Positions 13,161 through 26,949 of a stretch of DNA of 64,000 nt are shown piece by piece. Each line of letters begins with the position of its first letter. Within the stretch, counting starts at the first letter, position 1. The position numbers and the translations under genes are program-made. The stretch comes from Octopus sinensis. Its lineage: Eukaryota. The notes below the pieces were generated by a model, which was given only the letters and a program-made list of their open reading frames with translations, ran no database searches and had not been told where the DNA came from. The stretch spans positions 38,502,001 through 38,566,000 of the forward strand of contig NC_043013.1 of assembly GCF_006345805.1 (NCBI RefSeq), given 5' to 3'.

Positions 13161-13906
13161 GCACACCAGTAATTATATATCTATCTACTTAGATATTTCT
13201 GTTTCCCTATCCGTCGGTCTATCTTACTGTGAATTGCTGGTAAGGACACCGTTATGCAAACAGAATATGCGGCCAAATCAACACTGTGGTTCACATGTGT
13301 TAGCAATCCTATAACCTCACATTCTCAAGTAACTTCTACAGATATTCCACAGAGACACCTCTGACTTGTTACACATTTGTCACAGGCATACATCTAATGT
13401 AGACGCAGTCTATCTTCCGAACTAACGCTAGTTTGTGAAACATGACTAGCCTTTTACCATGTACCTAGCATTCATTCTTTATATGCATATCGAAACAGCG
13501 ACGTGAGGTTTCCTAGTAAAGAAAATTGATACATGACGCGTCATCCCTTGTTCACTTTGTGTCCTTCACACAAAGTGCGATGTGTGAACCACGTACATTA
13601 TGTTTGAAAGAAAGTATTAAATACGTACCAACTGCACCAAAACACTTTTCATTATATGAACATAGGTTTTATCTGCTTTACTGAAACTCCCACAAATAAT
13701 TTATTCTGCGATCAATAGAACTAGCAGGAAAATCTAACAAGCGATTTCTGTCATACTTTTCAGCATATATATATAAATGTGATTACACGCGTGTATATGT
13801 GTGCTTATATAATTCTTAGTACATTATATATATATATACAGAGAGAGAGAGAGAGAATGAGAGAGAGTGATATTTATATATATAGATATATGTATGCATG
13901 TATATA

Positions 13907-13946
<40 letters not shown>

Positions 13947-13960
13947 TATATATATACGCA

Positions 13961-14002
<42 letters not shown>

Positions 14003-15746
14003 GGTATATATATATAGTATATATATATAATACAGATATATGTATGCATGTATATATCTGTATATAAATCCATATATATATATATATGCATATATCTGTA
14101 TATCTACTTTCGACTAATTGCAAAGTGGCTGCTTCTAATCAATATTTGTTGAAATGTAGAACTCAGAAACTATTGGCGATCTGGCTGGAATATTATCATT
14201 TGAAGAAAGTTGTAAAACCTATCACACTGAGGCCTGTCAAAAACGATCGAATTATCTTCTTTTTATGAAGTTCTCTCAATTTCTTACAACAATCAACATT
14301 CCGCAGCTCAGACTGAATGCATCGACCGTACCAGGATTCAAAGGTCATGCAAAAGTCTATGGGAACTGCCCATGTTTATTGTACTAAAATATTATAAAGG
14401 GGAAAAAAAATGACAATAACAGCGCAAATGAAATGAAATAACCAGCTACGGATTCGTAGTATTGTCGTGGTAATGGAATAATTCTACTTTTACCGAACTT
14501 GCTTTCATTTCTCTTTTAAACGAATCTAAAATGTGTTCATTTATGCATGTATAGAGCTTCAGCTCTGGAAATATAGATCATTATGATATGTATCCCCCAC
14601 CTCTCTTACACTCCCTCACACATATTTCGTATATACATATGTTGTACAATATATCTACCTACATTTTTGTACACATATGTAATTGCATATAGATATACAT
14701 ACGTACATAATACATACATACATACACATATTATAATACATATATATATATATATAGATTATATACATATATAATATATATATATATATAATATATATAT
14801 AATATATATATATAAATCTATATACATATATCTATATGTAACAGTATGTAATTATATATATATATATTTATGTCTCTATCTATATATATATGTGCGCGTG
14901 GATATGTGTGTGTGTATATGTATATATATGTATACATACATACATACAAACACACACACCACACACACACATATATATATATACTTTTGGTGTTAAGAGT
15001 AACATACGATTTCTTTCATAGATTTTTCTCTGCTTCTTCATTTTTCTCTTCAATAAACTAGAGTCAGTGTATCGTGAAACCAAGCAAGTTTATCAAATTT
15101 CATTCTATATTGTAAAGGTGTGACCAGTGAAATATCAGTTATCTTTTCTATTGTATCCCACTATACTTATATTTCCACTTACCTCCATGCGTCTCATATT
15201 CCGACTAGTAAGCTATACTGTAAAATGGCCACTACTTCCAATGGAGGTAGCAATTATATTTCCACAAATCACATTTACTGTTTGAAACGACGAACGATAA
15301 TGCATTAAAAGATGGATTGTCGGAACAGACGGGATGGTCACATCAAGAATGTACCTGGTAATGGTTATACTCAGCAAGAGTTAAACTCTAGCTTCTACCT
15401 AGCCATCTTCCAAAAAGAGTTTTCTTCTAAAATCGTTATATTTCTGTCATTTTGTTTAAACATAATTCTTACCATCATGTAAGAGGTATACTTATTCAAG
15501 AGCCTTTGTTAATTTCTTCCTAACGCACACACATATACACACACGCACACACACAAGTACACAAGCTTGTACGCATGTACATGCACACCTACACACGCGC
15601 ACACACACTCACACACAAAAACACACATATGTGGTACATATACATAGGCATACAAGCCAACCCCACATATAACATAAATACACACACACAACACTCACAC
15701 AATATATATACATATATAAGTGTTGTACCTATTCATGAGACCGTCG

Positions 15747-15779
<33 letters not shown>

Positions 15780-15819
15780 TGTGTGTGTGTGTGTGTGTGT
15801 ATTGGTATATGTTTGTGTG

Positions 15820-16012
15820 TCTGTGTTTGTCCCCCACCATCGTTTAACAACGGATGTTAGTGTTTTTACGTCCCCGTAGCTTAGCGGTTCGTCAAACAGG
15901 CCGATAGCATAAGTACAAGGCTTACAAAGAATAATTCCTGGAGTCGAGTTCTTCCACTAAAGGTATTGCACCAGCATGATCGCAGTCAGATAACTGAAAC
16001 AAATAAAGAATA
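15820..16012 (+). mobile_element. 3' half of tRNA-derived SINE
   Basis: TTTACGTCCCCGTAGCTTAGCGGTTCG..CAGCATGATCGCAGTCAGATAACTGAAAC. Confidence 0.8.
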
Positions 16013-16019
16013 ATAAAAC

Positions 16020-16072
<53 letters not shown>

Positions 16073-16118
16073 CTATAGGAGACCAAAGTGTACGTACGTC
16101 GCCATATGTATATAAAAA

Positions 16119-16418
16119 GGAATGCAAAAAAATGGGAACAAGAACGCAAAACTTCCAGACAGCTAGATGATTCGAAAAAGGGACAACAAAGCATCCAGAC
16201 AGATGATACAAAAGAAGGACAATGAAAAACACGGACGGGTCATTCGAAGTTTTCTTTTCTCAGTCGAGTTCCAGATTATCAACCAGCCGAAATTGCAAAG
16301 ATAATCTAGAACTCAACTGAGGAAAGAAAACTTCGAATGACCTGTCGTATTTTTCTTTCTTGTTACTCCTGTATCATCTGTCTGGATGTTTTGCGTTCTT
16401 ATCCCATATTTTGCATCC
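16119..16418. mobile_element. Foldback/MITE-like element with long imperfect inverted arms
   Basis: Left arm ..GGTCATTCGAAGTTTTCTTTTCTCAGTCGAGTTCCAGATTATC, 19-nt loop, right arm GATAATCTAGAACTCAACTGAGGAAAGAAAACTTCGAATGACC..; outer ends GGAATGCAAAA / TTTTGCATCC. Confidence 0.75.
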
Positions 16419-16429
16419 CTCTGTAGACT

Positions 16430-16495
<66 letters not shown>

Positions 16496-16519
16496 TATAC
16501 ATATGTAAGTATATATATG

Positions 16520-16550
<31 letters not shown>

Positions 16551-16924
16551 ATATATATATATAATATGTGTGGTGTGTATGTGTATATATATATATATAT
16601 AAATGCAAGATCCAGGGATCGCGGTGTAGTACAAAAGTTATTTTCGAGCCAGCTGTTTTAAAACCAATTAAAAATATTTTCAGGAACAAGACAGAAGGTT
16701 GTGGATTATTTTTCTTTATTGGGGAACGATTAATAGTAAAAAAAATGTACTTTACATACTCCCCGATAGGCAACCAAGTTTGCTGAGTGAGCGAAAAGAA
16801 TATACAAGGGTTACGAAAAGGTGTAGGGAAAATCAGGTTTACATATGGTTCGCATAAAACATTGTATCCCGGATTTGTCCTACTCCATTCCGTAACACTG
16901 GCATATTATTTTATTCTTTTATTT

Positions 16925-17095
16925 GTTTAACTCCTTTTACTGCCGCCATGTTGGGACACCGCCCTTACTTGAACAAATCGCGCTAAAGACTTATTTTTTC
17001 TCAGCCTAGTAATTGTCCTATCGTTTAATTTTGTCGAACCGCTAAGTTACGGGGACGTAAACACACGAACATCAGTTGTCATGCTATGGCATACA

Positions 17096-17126
<31 letters not shown>

Positions 17127-17280
17127 CGACGGTCTTCTTTAACTTTTCGTGTACCAAATCCACCCACAAGCCTTTGGTCGGCCAAAGACTATAGTAGAGG
17201 ACAGTTGCCGAAGGTACCGAGCAGTGGGACTGAACCCGGAGCTGTGTGGTTGGGAAGCAAGCTTCTTCCCTCACAGCCAC
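16925..17280 (-). mobile_element. tRNA-derived SINE
   Basis: Reverse head TGGCTGTGAGGG..CCGGGTTCAGTCCCACTG; core and tail as 49833-50230. Confidence 0.82.
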
Positions 17281-17289
17281 TATATATAC

Positions 17290-17334
<45 letters not shown>

Positions 17335-18286
17335 ACGGAGAGAGAGACGGAGAGAGAGAGAAACAGAAAGAAATAGAGAAAGATGTATGTATGTTCAAAA
17401 TCTATTGAGCTTGATATGTATATGCTTGTGTGTGAACGTTATATATTTAAAAAAAAATAGTGTAATTATTTTAAAGTAAATTTGAGAATAACAAGGAACA
17501 TATTTTTATGGGAACCCGTCTGCATACTGAGTAAGGATTCAAACGCACTAAATTACTCCTGCTGACTATGTGAAACTCAAGACCACTCTGCACTTGGTAC
17601 GCCAACATTCTGCTATGTCATCCGTTGGAAAAAGGCATATTGTGAATAGAATACTGTAACATTCGGGATAATTATACCTCATATGTGACTACTGAGACAC
17701 TAGGAACAGTATGCCATTTCTCGATTTGGATAGGAGCAAAAAAATCGAAGCAGAGTTAAAAGAGTACCAAAAGATATGAAAGAGTCGTCAAAAATGATGA
17801 TAACAAACTGTGTCCCAAGTGCCGTAGCAAATTTTGGAATACAAATAACTGGAAAGGAAAAGTAATACCTTCAGAGGAAAATCTCTTATAACTTAAAAAG
17901 ATTTCCAGTTTGTGATGTTCATTGATGCTGCACACAATAGTTATTTATCCAAAAGCTACAGTCAGCACGGATATGCATCAATATGTATACATATACATAC
18001 GTACATATAAACCCCAAAGTCACACACACACACACAACATATATATATATATATAATATATATATATATATACGAACATATATATACATGAAATTGAGCG
18101 AGGGAGAAAGAGATTTGTATTTATAAATATGTGCATCTGTGTATGTACATGTGTATACTTGATTGTATGTTGGTACCTATTGCTGACGTGGTTGCTGACT
18201 ACCAGATCAGCGTATCCTCAAAATTGATGGGATTAAGATAATTTCGTCCCTTTTCAACACATGGTACACACACACATACGTACACA

Positions 18287-18318
<32 letters not shown>

Positions 18319-19284
18319 ATGCACATAGACACAACAGTCAATCTCATTTATACACATTATTTCATGTATCCATCTACGTTTGATTGTATGCATGCATATA
18401 TAATATACATACTATCTATATATGCAAACACATTATGTATATATATATTATATATAATATATATATATATATATAATATATATATACACATATATGTATA
18501 TATATATACACACATATGTATCTATAATCCAGCCCACCATATATCGTGGAGTGAAACAACATCAATAAAGACAGATATATTGCACATTGTTGGATGTAAT
18601 GGTGTTTGTGTCACAAACCTATCAAACAAAACATTTCTATGTCTGCCTATGCGAAAGGTCTGAATACATCCTTCGTTAGAGTACACAGGAGGAGATTGAC
18701 TGCCTATAAACGTCGGCTATAGCTTTTTATCTGTTATATATTTTTCATTTCTTTTTTTCATTTTCCGATGCTGTTTTCCAACATTTTTTTTTCTGCTGGT
18801 TTTTGTCATACTGTTTGCTAGCTCTATCCCTTGAGTATGTAGTTTTCTAAAACCTATGGTCAAAGTGATGTTGCAAATGTTTTTGGAAGGTTCCCGGATA
18901 CAAAGGCAATTTATTGAAGTGATTTACTGAGCGACATGTAGAACGTAAGAGAGTAGTTTGATAAAGAATGGGCTGAAGAATAAGCGAATAAAACACAAAT
19001 ATAACGGAACAAAATGAAACACAAAGGACAGCGAAAGATAGAAAGAGAAGGAGAAAAGGAAAGAGAGAGAGAGAGAGAGAAGTGAAATTCGGAGAAAGGT
19101 GAAGGACAGTGGGAATATTGCTGTCAGAAGTAGCATGCCGATGGTGTTGATTGATAAATATATTAATCTCCTGGTCAATTGCTATATAGACATAGTTACA
19201 AGTGTACATTGATAAATACTTGTTTGATTTGAGTATATATATATATATATATATATAATATATGTATATATGCATATATATATA

Positions 19285-19340
<56 letters not shown>

Positions 19341-19375
19341 ACATATATTATATATTTATATATATGGTATAATAC

Positions 19376-19406
<31 letters not shown>

Positions 19407-19472
19407 GATATATATATATTTATATATATATATACTATATATATATATATATATATATATGCATATATATAC

Positions 19473-19503
<31 letters not shown>

Positions 19504-20290
19504 CTATATATAGATATATATATACCTACATATATAAATATATATATATGTATGTACATGTATATAACTGTACATAAATATACACAAACGACAAGACACA
19601 CACATATATTTATATACGTCCATATATTGTATGGTATAAATTTATGTATAAACGTGTATAACTAGGAATGCATACATGCATGTGTGTGTGCGTGTGGATA
19701 TGTAATATTGTGAAGTGACAAACATACATACACATACGTACACACACACAAACATATATATGTATATATGCATAAGAACTCATACTTACATATACTTACA
19801 CACACACACATATACATATATATATATATCTACATACATACATACACACATACATACTTTCATAAATACATACATATACACATGTAATTGTAAGTATGTA
19901 TACGTGGTTTTGTAGGGAGTATGAAATGTAAGTACATGAGTATATTTTTTAAAGAGAATGCGATGTATATGACACGTTAAGATTTGCACCCCTGCGCGAG
20001 TGTCTGTTTAAGCGTGTTATACAAGGGAGATAAACAGACGCATACACACAATCACACAAACACGCGCACACACGCACACACTGAATCATACATGCATACG
20101 CACGAAAAAAAAATTAAGGTGAGTCAGAATGAGGAGACAAGGATGAGAATAAAATGTCTGTGTGCAAGGTGCAAGGTGGTGTGAGTGAGAGAGAGATTGA
20201 AAGATGATGAAAGAGGGCAGAAAGAGAAGCAAACCGAGCAAAAAATACACATAGAGACACGCGTACATATTTATATACATATACATATAC

Positions 20291-20352
<62 letters not shown>

Positions 20353-20413
20353 TATATATATATAATATATATGTGTGTGTATATATATATATATTATATA
20401 TATATATATATAA

Positions 20414-20445
<32 letters not shown>

Positions 20446-20484
20446 CTATATACATATATATACACATATACATATATATATTAG

Positions 20485-20545
<61 letters not shown>

Positions 20546-20638
20546 TATATATATATACACATATACATATTATATATATATATATATACATATAACATAT
20601 ACATACTCATATACATTTATGTCCATATATATGTATAG

Positions 20639-20678
<40 letters not shown>

Positions 20679-20695
20679 TATAATATATTATATAT

Positions 20696-20739
<44 letters not shown>

Positions 20740-21068
20740 ATAATACATATTTATACATTTAGATGTGCAAATATAGAAATATATTTGCACCTTCAAGATT
20801 TATACATAGATATGTATACAGAGACATACAGACACACACACACACATATATATGTACATACGCATATGTATGTGTACATGTATATATACATATATACTCA
20901 CACGTAAATATGTAACCTCTTGTTTATGTGCGTATGTGTGTCTTTTTAAGTGTTTAGGCATTTATGTGAATATGTAAAATGGTGTGTGCTGAAAAAGTGC
21001 CCCTGTAATTCTGAGAAAAAATGAGAAACAACATAAAAACAAACGGGAAATCAGGGACAATATATGGA

Positions 21069-21105
<37 letters not shown>

Positions 21106-21109
21106 TATA

Positions 21110-21162
<53 letters not shown>

Positions 21163-22009
21163 CGCACGCAAACACATACATTATATATATATGTTTCTAC
21201 ATACACATATATGTATATATATGCATATGTTCATGCATATATATATCTATGTATATTTATATATGTATATATATACACATATACACATATATATATGCAT
21301 ATATATATCCTTTATACATACTCACGAGGTGAGTGTGAAATCGCTGAATGATAGAGAAAAATATGAAAGATTGTCAGACAAAAAAAAATCAACAAAAAAT
21401 AAAAACAAAACAACATAACAAAAAGAAAAAGGAAAGTAAAGGAAGGAAAGAATATATGTTGGAAGAATTGTATATGTTTTGTGTCACACAAAAGAACCGT
21501 TCTACTGTTCTTTGTGAATTTTATGTCCTTGCGAAAATGTTACATCAATAGCGATTTTCTTCACGTTCACCCCCACAAAATATCCATAAAATACCAAAAT
21601 ATAAAAAAGAAATATTGCAAAACAAGAACAACAGAATCTCCAGCAACTACAATAACCGGGAGTCCTCTAGAGCGGTTTAACTTTAATGTACCTCAATGTG
21701 TAATACCGTATGTGAGATAGTGTTAAGCAAAATTTAAGGAATATATCTCAAAAAAGCAACTAGGATAATGTGAAGAAATATAATTCCCTTACACTTACGA
21801 ACATAAGATGTGTTTATATACAACATAGTAATGTAATATATTTTATGCACGTACTTATCAATGACTACGTGAGTATTCACAAAAGTCTGTCTGTCTGTCT
21901 GTCTGTCTGAGTGTCTATATATATATCTAACTATCTGGGCATTTAGATATTTCTGCCTGTTCGTCTGTTTCTGTCTCTCTCTTTGTAATCATATACATAC
22001 ATACATACA

Positions 22010-22043
<34 letters not shown>

Positions 22044-22064
22044 CATACATGCTTACATATATAT

Positions 22065-22470
22065 ATATACTCTTTTACTTTTTTACTTGTTTCAGTCATT
22101 AGACTTTGGCCATGATGGAGCACCGCCTTTAGTCGAGCAAATCGACCAAACGAATTATTCTTTGTAAGCTTAGTACTTATTCTATCGGTGTCTTTTGCAG
22201 AACCGCTTGGTTACGGGGATATAAACACACCAGCATCGGTTGTGAAGCGATGTTGCGGGGACAAACACAGACACACAAACATATACACACACATACACAC
22301 ACATATATATATATACATATATACGACGGGCGACTTTCAGTTTCCGTCTACCAAATCCACTCACAAGGCTTTGGTCGACCCGAGATTAAGTAGAAGACAC
22401 TTGCCCAAGGAGCCAGGCAGTGGGCTGAACCCGGTACCATGTGGTTGGTAAACAAGCTGTTTACCACACA
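22065..22470 (-). mobile_element. tRNA-derived SINE, near full length
   Basis: Homologous to 49833-50230 along its length. Confidence 0.85.
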
Positions 22471-22858
22471 TCCACTCCAAGCCCCCCTCTCTCTGTCTCT
22501 CTCTTTGTATATATATATTATATTGATTGCTGGTAAGGACACCGTTGTGCTACCATTATATGTTGCCACATCAATACTCTGCTTTACTTCAGTTAACAGT
22601 GCTATTACCTCACATTTTCAAAGAATCTCTACACATATACAACAGAAATTAGATACAGCGCGGATTTGTTACGCTACTTTCATTACCATATATCTAATGC
22701 AAAGAATGCGATCGAAGATAGGTAATACATGAAATACAGGTAATGTGTGTAAATGCATATTTCACGAGTCCTTGCTAATTCTTCAGGACCACATGCGGGC
22801 AATTAGCCATCCACAAACGCATGCTTATTTGGCCAGCAAACATATCGCTGGCACAGTA

Positions 22859-24162
22859 TTGATTGATTGATTGATTCTAGTTTCAGCTTATGAGCTGTGG
22901 CCATGCTGGGGCACCGCCATTTGGTGTTGCTACTTGGTTTCACTTCATGGAGGCTTTCTAGCAACTGCTATTTGGTGCATGAGAGAGTTCGATGCAGCTG
23001 CCCTCATCTGCCCCTCCTGCCTTGAAGTTGGTTCATCTGGGACACCTGACAGGAAGAGATCCAGCTTCATTTTAAAGACATCTGTATCCACCCCATGCAG
23101 GTCTCTCAGGTTCTTCGGGAGGATATTGAAGAGCTGTGGGCCTCGGAAGCCCAGGCTATCACAGCATCTTGTCCTACATCTTGATGGCAGGTTTGGAGTC
23201 CTAGGCACCACGCAGTGGCGCCCAGTTCTGGCATTTGCGTAACTCTCGATGCCAAAGTTCAGGACACTTCCCTCCAGGATCTTCCAGATGTATATTATGG
23301 CATATCTTTCCCGCCTACGCTCCAGAGAATATAATTTTAATCTCTTGAGTCTTTCCCTAGCTTACATTCTGCATAGAGGCTATCTTCTTTGTGTAGCTTC
23401 GTTGGATCGCCTCAAGTTCTGTGATCAACTTGACACTGGATGGTGACCATAGCTGAGAGCAATAGTCAAAGTGGCTTAGGACAAGTGTCTTCCAGAGGAC
23501 CATGATGGTTTCTTGTTCTCTTGTTCTAAAGGTTCTAAGAATCCAGCCAGCCAGCCGTCTACATTTCATTGTCAGTTTAGCAACTGTACATGAAAGGTCG
23601 CGTCATCACTCATGTGAATACCCAGGTCACGCACTGATTGTCCTCTGGATTGCAATCCCTCCGGGTCCAGTGTATTCATTGGGTATTGCATTCAGTTTTG
23701 CATGCTGATAGTATAAAGCTTGAAACTTTTCAGCATTGAACTGCATGCTATTCTTTTCAGCCCACTTGTATATTTCGTCCAGCTCACATTGCAGGTGTTT
23801 AGTGTCCTCAGGGTTCTGTATTGCCTGTGAAACTTTTGTATCATCTGCATAACTTGTGATCGTGGCTCTCTGCGTGGCTGAGGGCATGTCTGAGAGGGCC
23901 ATTATGAACAGTAGTGGTCCCAGAACAGTGCCCTGCGGAACACCGCTCACTATTTGTGTGTTAATGGAGGTGGCCCCATTGGCTACTACCACCTGACTTC
24001 TATCCTTCAGAAAGTCATGAAGCCATTCTCCCAGTTTTCCAACTATGTTGAGATCACGCAGTTTGTGACATATCATTCCATGATCGACTTTATCAAAGGC
24101 CTTTGCAAAGTCGAGATATATCACTTCCACATTTGAGTGGTTGAGCAGCCGTTTCAGCACCC
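22859..24162 (-). mobile_element. CR1/L2-group LINE, 5'-truncated: RT domain, 3' UTR and (ATCA)n tail
   Basis: ORF 23627-24235 has YLDFAKAFDKVDH, SGVPQGTVLGPLLF and YADD. It continues after a frameshift (QLWSP, RGPQLFNILP, KLDLFLSGVPDEP) and ends in a short tandem-repeat tail. Confidence 0.9.
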
Positions 24163-24361
24163 ATATATATATATATTGTAAACAAAAGTGAAGACGTAAA
24201 AATTTAATAATTAATAGGCTGAATAACATATACATGTATTGATGTCCATCATAATGTTTGTTTTGAACATTACTTTATATACATACACACACATATACAC
24301 ACACTTTATATACATACACACACACACACACATACATACACACACACACATATATATATAT

Positions 24362-24712
24362 ACGAGCAAAACGCCCGGACGGTGCTGAGTTGTCAAATAT
24401 TTAAACCAAATTTTCTCAAAACAACGTGTCTGACCGTCTCATAGGCCTCCCCTTTCAGAAACACTAATTTTAACCTAAATTTGATACAGCAGCAAAAGAA
24501 AAAGTAAAGATAGCATTTTTCCTATTCCAAAGTATGCTTTATCGATCGCATTCTCACCTGGAATCGATTTTTGTAAGCTCTTCAAAACTTATACGCGACC
24601 TGATACCGTTGGTATCTACGTATCAAATTTGAGCGCAATCGGATGGAGGATGCCCGAGATCCTAGAAGACATACACACAGACAGACAGAATGGATTTCAT
24701 ATAATATATATA
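24362..24712 (+). mobile_element. Non-autonomous Helentron-type (HINE/DINE-like) element
   Basis: 5' ACGAGCAAAACGCCCGGACG (ACTAGC..CCCGG-like); 3' CAAATTTGAGCGCAATCGG..ACAGACAGACAG..ATAATATATA. Matches the HINE layout as I recall it. Confidence 0.45.
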
Positions 24713-25781
24713 CATGTATATATCTGTGTGTGTATAGGTTTGTATTTATGTATACACACATATATAGACAAATACATATATGTATATAAACAAGTAGAAA
24801 GAAAAATTTTATTCAATGCATGATACTTAACAGTATATATATGAAGGATAAAATGCTTTTTTTTTTCTGCATTAAAAGAAAAAAAGGATTTCACCCTTTA
24901 TATATATGGTGTTAAGTATCTACGCGTTGAATAAAACTTTTCTTTCTACTTGTTCTACAATACTTTTCAACGCTTCGAATACAAACTTGTTTGTTTTCAA
25001 ACGGTTTAAAATCTATATAAGTTTATATATATCTATATAAGTTTATATATATATATATACATATGTACATGTATATATATATACATATGTACATGTATAT
25101 ATATACATATGTACATGTATTCATGCGTGTACATGTGTGTGTGGGGCAATTGTGTGGGCAAATGAAATATAACAGATTGGGCTTTATATACAATATATGT
25201 ATATATGTATACGTGCAAAACGAGAAGCAATGACTGAAGATTTTCAGATGATGAATATTTAATTATAAATATATAGAAATTCACATTAATAGATCGAACT
25301 TACACAGATTAAAAATAACAGAGAAATTAAATTGGAGGAATTAAGCTGTTACAAGTCCGTCAGCTGATTTTGTGAGCTCGGAGATCCATCGTAATTTTGG
25401 TAGATGCAGTTCATCACATTATGCTGGCTGTAGTGGAACCAATCTACATATTTATAATTAAATAGTCATCATCTGAATGTCTTCATTCGTTGCTTCTCTA
25501 GTTTTTCATGTATATAGATATATATTTTGTATATCAAACCCAAGCTGTTGTATTTAATTTGTTTATCCGTAAAATTGCCTCCCTATCTGCTCAACTTATA
25601 TCTGAAATATGGACAGGTTACTATTTGCAGAGCTATTATTCTATTATTAAAAGTATTGCATCATTTGAATTTGTATATGCAAGCTACTTACCACACAGCC
25701 ACTCCTGCGCCTACATATTTATAAATTTGAAACATCCATTAGTAAATAAAGAAACGAACCTGTACGAACATATACTAAATC

Positions 25782-26176
25782 CACAAATGACGGAAAACAG
25801 AATTTCACCAAGTCTACTTTGGCAAGATAGTGAAGCGCAATTTTGATCATAATCGATAATATTGCTTCCACCATTGAGGCACCGCCAAGAAACTTGCTAG
25901 TTATGGAACCAAAACATTATTATTATCATTTTAATTGTTGACTTCGTGTGGCCTGAAGCCTTTGTTCTGTGCATTGTTTTGTCCTCGTCCGTCCACTAAC
26001 GGTCTCGTCACGAGCCCGTTTCGTTCTCTCAAGTTTTGGTCCCATTCTCGGCATGTTTCTTGCCGGTGCGTCCAGAGTGGAAGCAATATTATCAATAATA
26101 GTCGAAATTGCGCTTCACGCTATTTGCGACAACAGAAGGTGAGTTGGCGACTTTCAGTGTTTTCCGTTCGTCTGTG
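25782..26176. repeat. Old diverged inverted repeat (arms 25782-25915 and 26033-26176)
   Basis: Shared blocks CGGAAAACA, GTGAAGCGCAATTT, GATAATATTGCTTCCAC, GCACCG.CAAGAAAC and GG.ACCAAAAC in opposite orientation. Confidence 0.7.
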
Positions 26177-26344
26177 TATTTAATATATTTTCGTCTGTTT
26201 ATTTACCGCACTTTTTTAAAATTTATATACATACACATGTATGTCATATTTTCCGTTTGTCTTCTTTTTATTTGAACCCGATATTATTTATGTAACGCAC
26301 GCATTCACTAATTGTTTTACTTATATATATATATATATTTATAT

Positions 26345-26489
26345 ATACTATTTACATTTGATGGATATTTGTCCTCATCTTGTTTGTTGTTAACACAACA
26401 TTTCGGCTGATATAGCCCCCAACATTCATCAAGTGTCTGAGCTCTCATTCTTAAGGTATTTTTCGATGTTATTATTACTATTATTGTTA

Positions 26490-26559
<70 letters not shown>

Positions 26560-26932
26560 CTTTATTATTATTAATATTATTATTATCATCATCATCATCA
26601 TCATTAATATTATTATTATCATCAACGTTATTCCAGTTCGGTACTTAAGAAATGAGGAATTATGTACATTATTTACATTATTTACATTTGACGGATATTT
26701 GTCCTCATCTTGTTTGTTGTTAACACAACTTTGCGGCTGATATACCCTCCAGCCTTCATCAGGTGTCTTGGGAAAATTTCGAACTTGGGTTCTCATTCCT
26801 AAGGTATTTTTCGATGAAGCCTGGTGGGTATATCAACCGAGATGTGTTAATAAACAAACAAGATGACAAATATCGATCAAATATAAATAATATAAATAAT
26901 GTAAATAATTCCCATTCTCTTAAATATAGAAC
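26345..26932. mobile_element. Cluster of three Penelope-like 3'-end fragments (two minus, one plus) with hammerhead-like relics
   Basis: Unit: (F)IEKY-coding end, GACAC-CTGATGA-AGGCTG..CAGCC-GAAA-like-GTT-GTGTT, then AACAAACAAGATGAGGACAAATATCCGTCAAATGTAAATAAT. Minus copies at about 26345-26470 and 26640-26818; plus copy at 26813-26932. Confidence 0.65.
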
Positions 26933-26949
26933 AATATTTATATCTTGTA

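Noticed and set aside
17700-17870. Minus-strand acceptor plus frame ICIPKFATALGTQFVIIIF..
   Set aside because: Short and unrecognised; expected by chance in AT-rich DNA.
25935-26183. 82-aa ORF with a GTGAGT donor as a host exon
   Set aside because: It overlaps the arm of an old inverted repeat, and there is no recognisable protein or clear acceptor.
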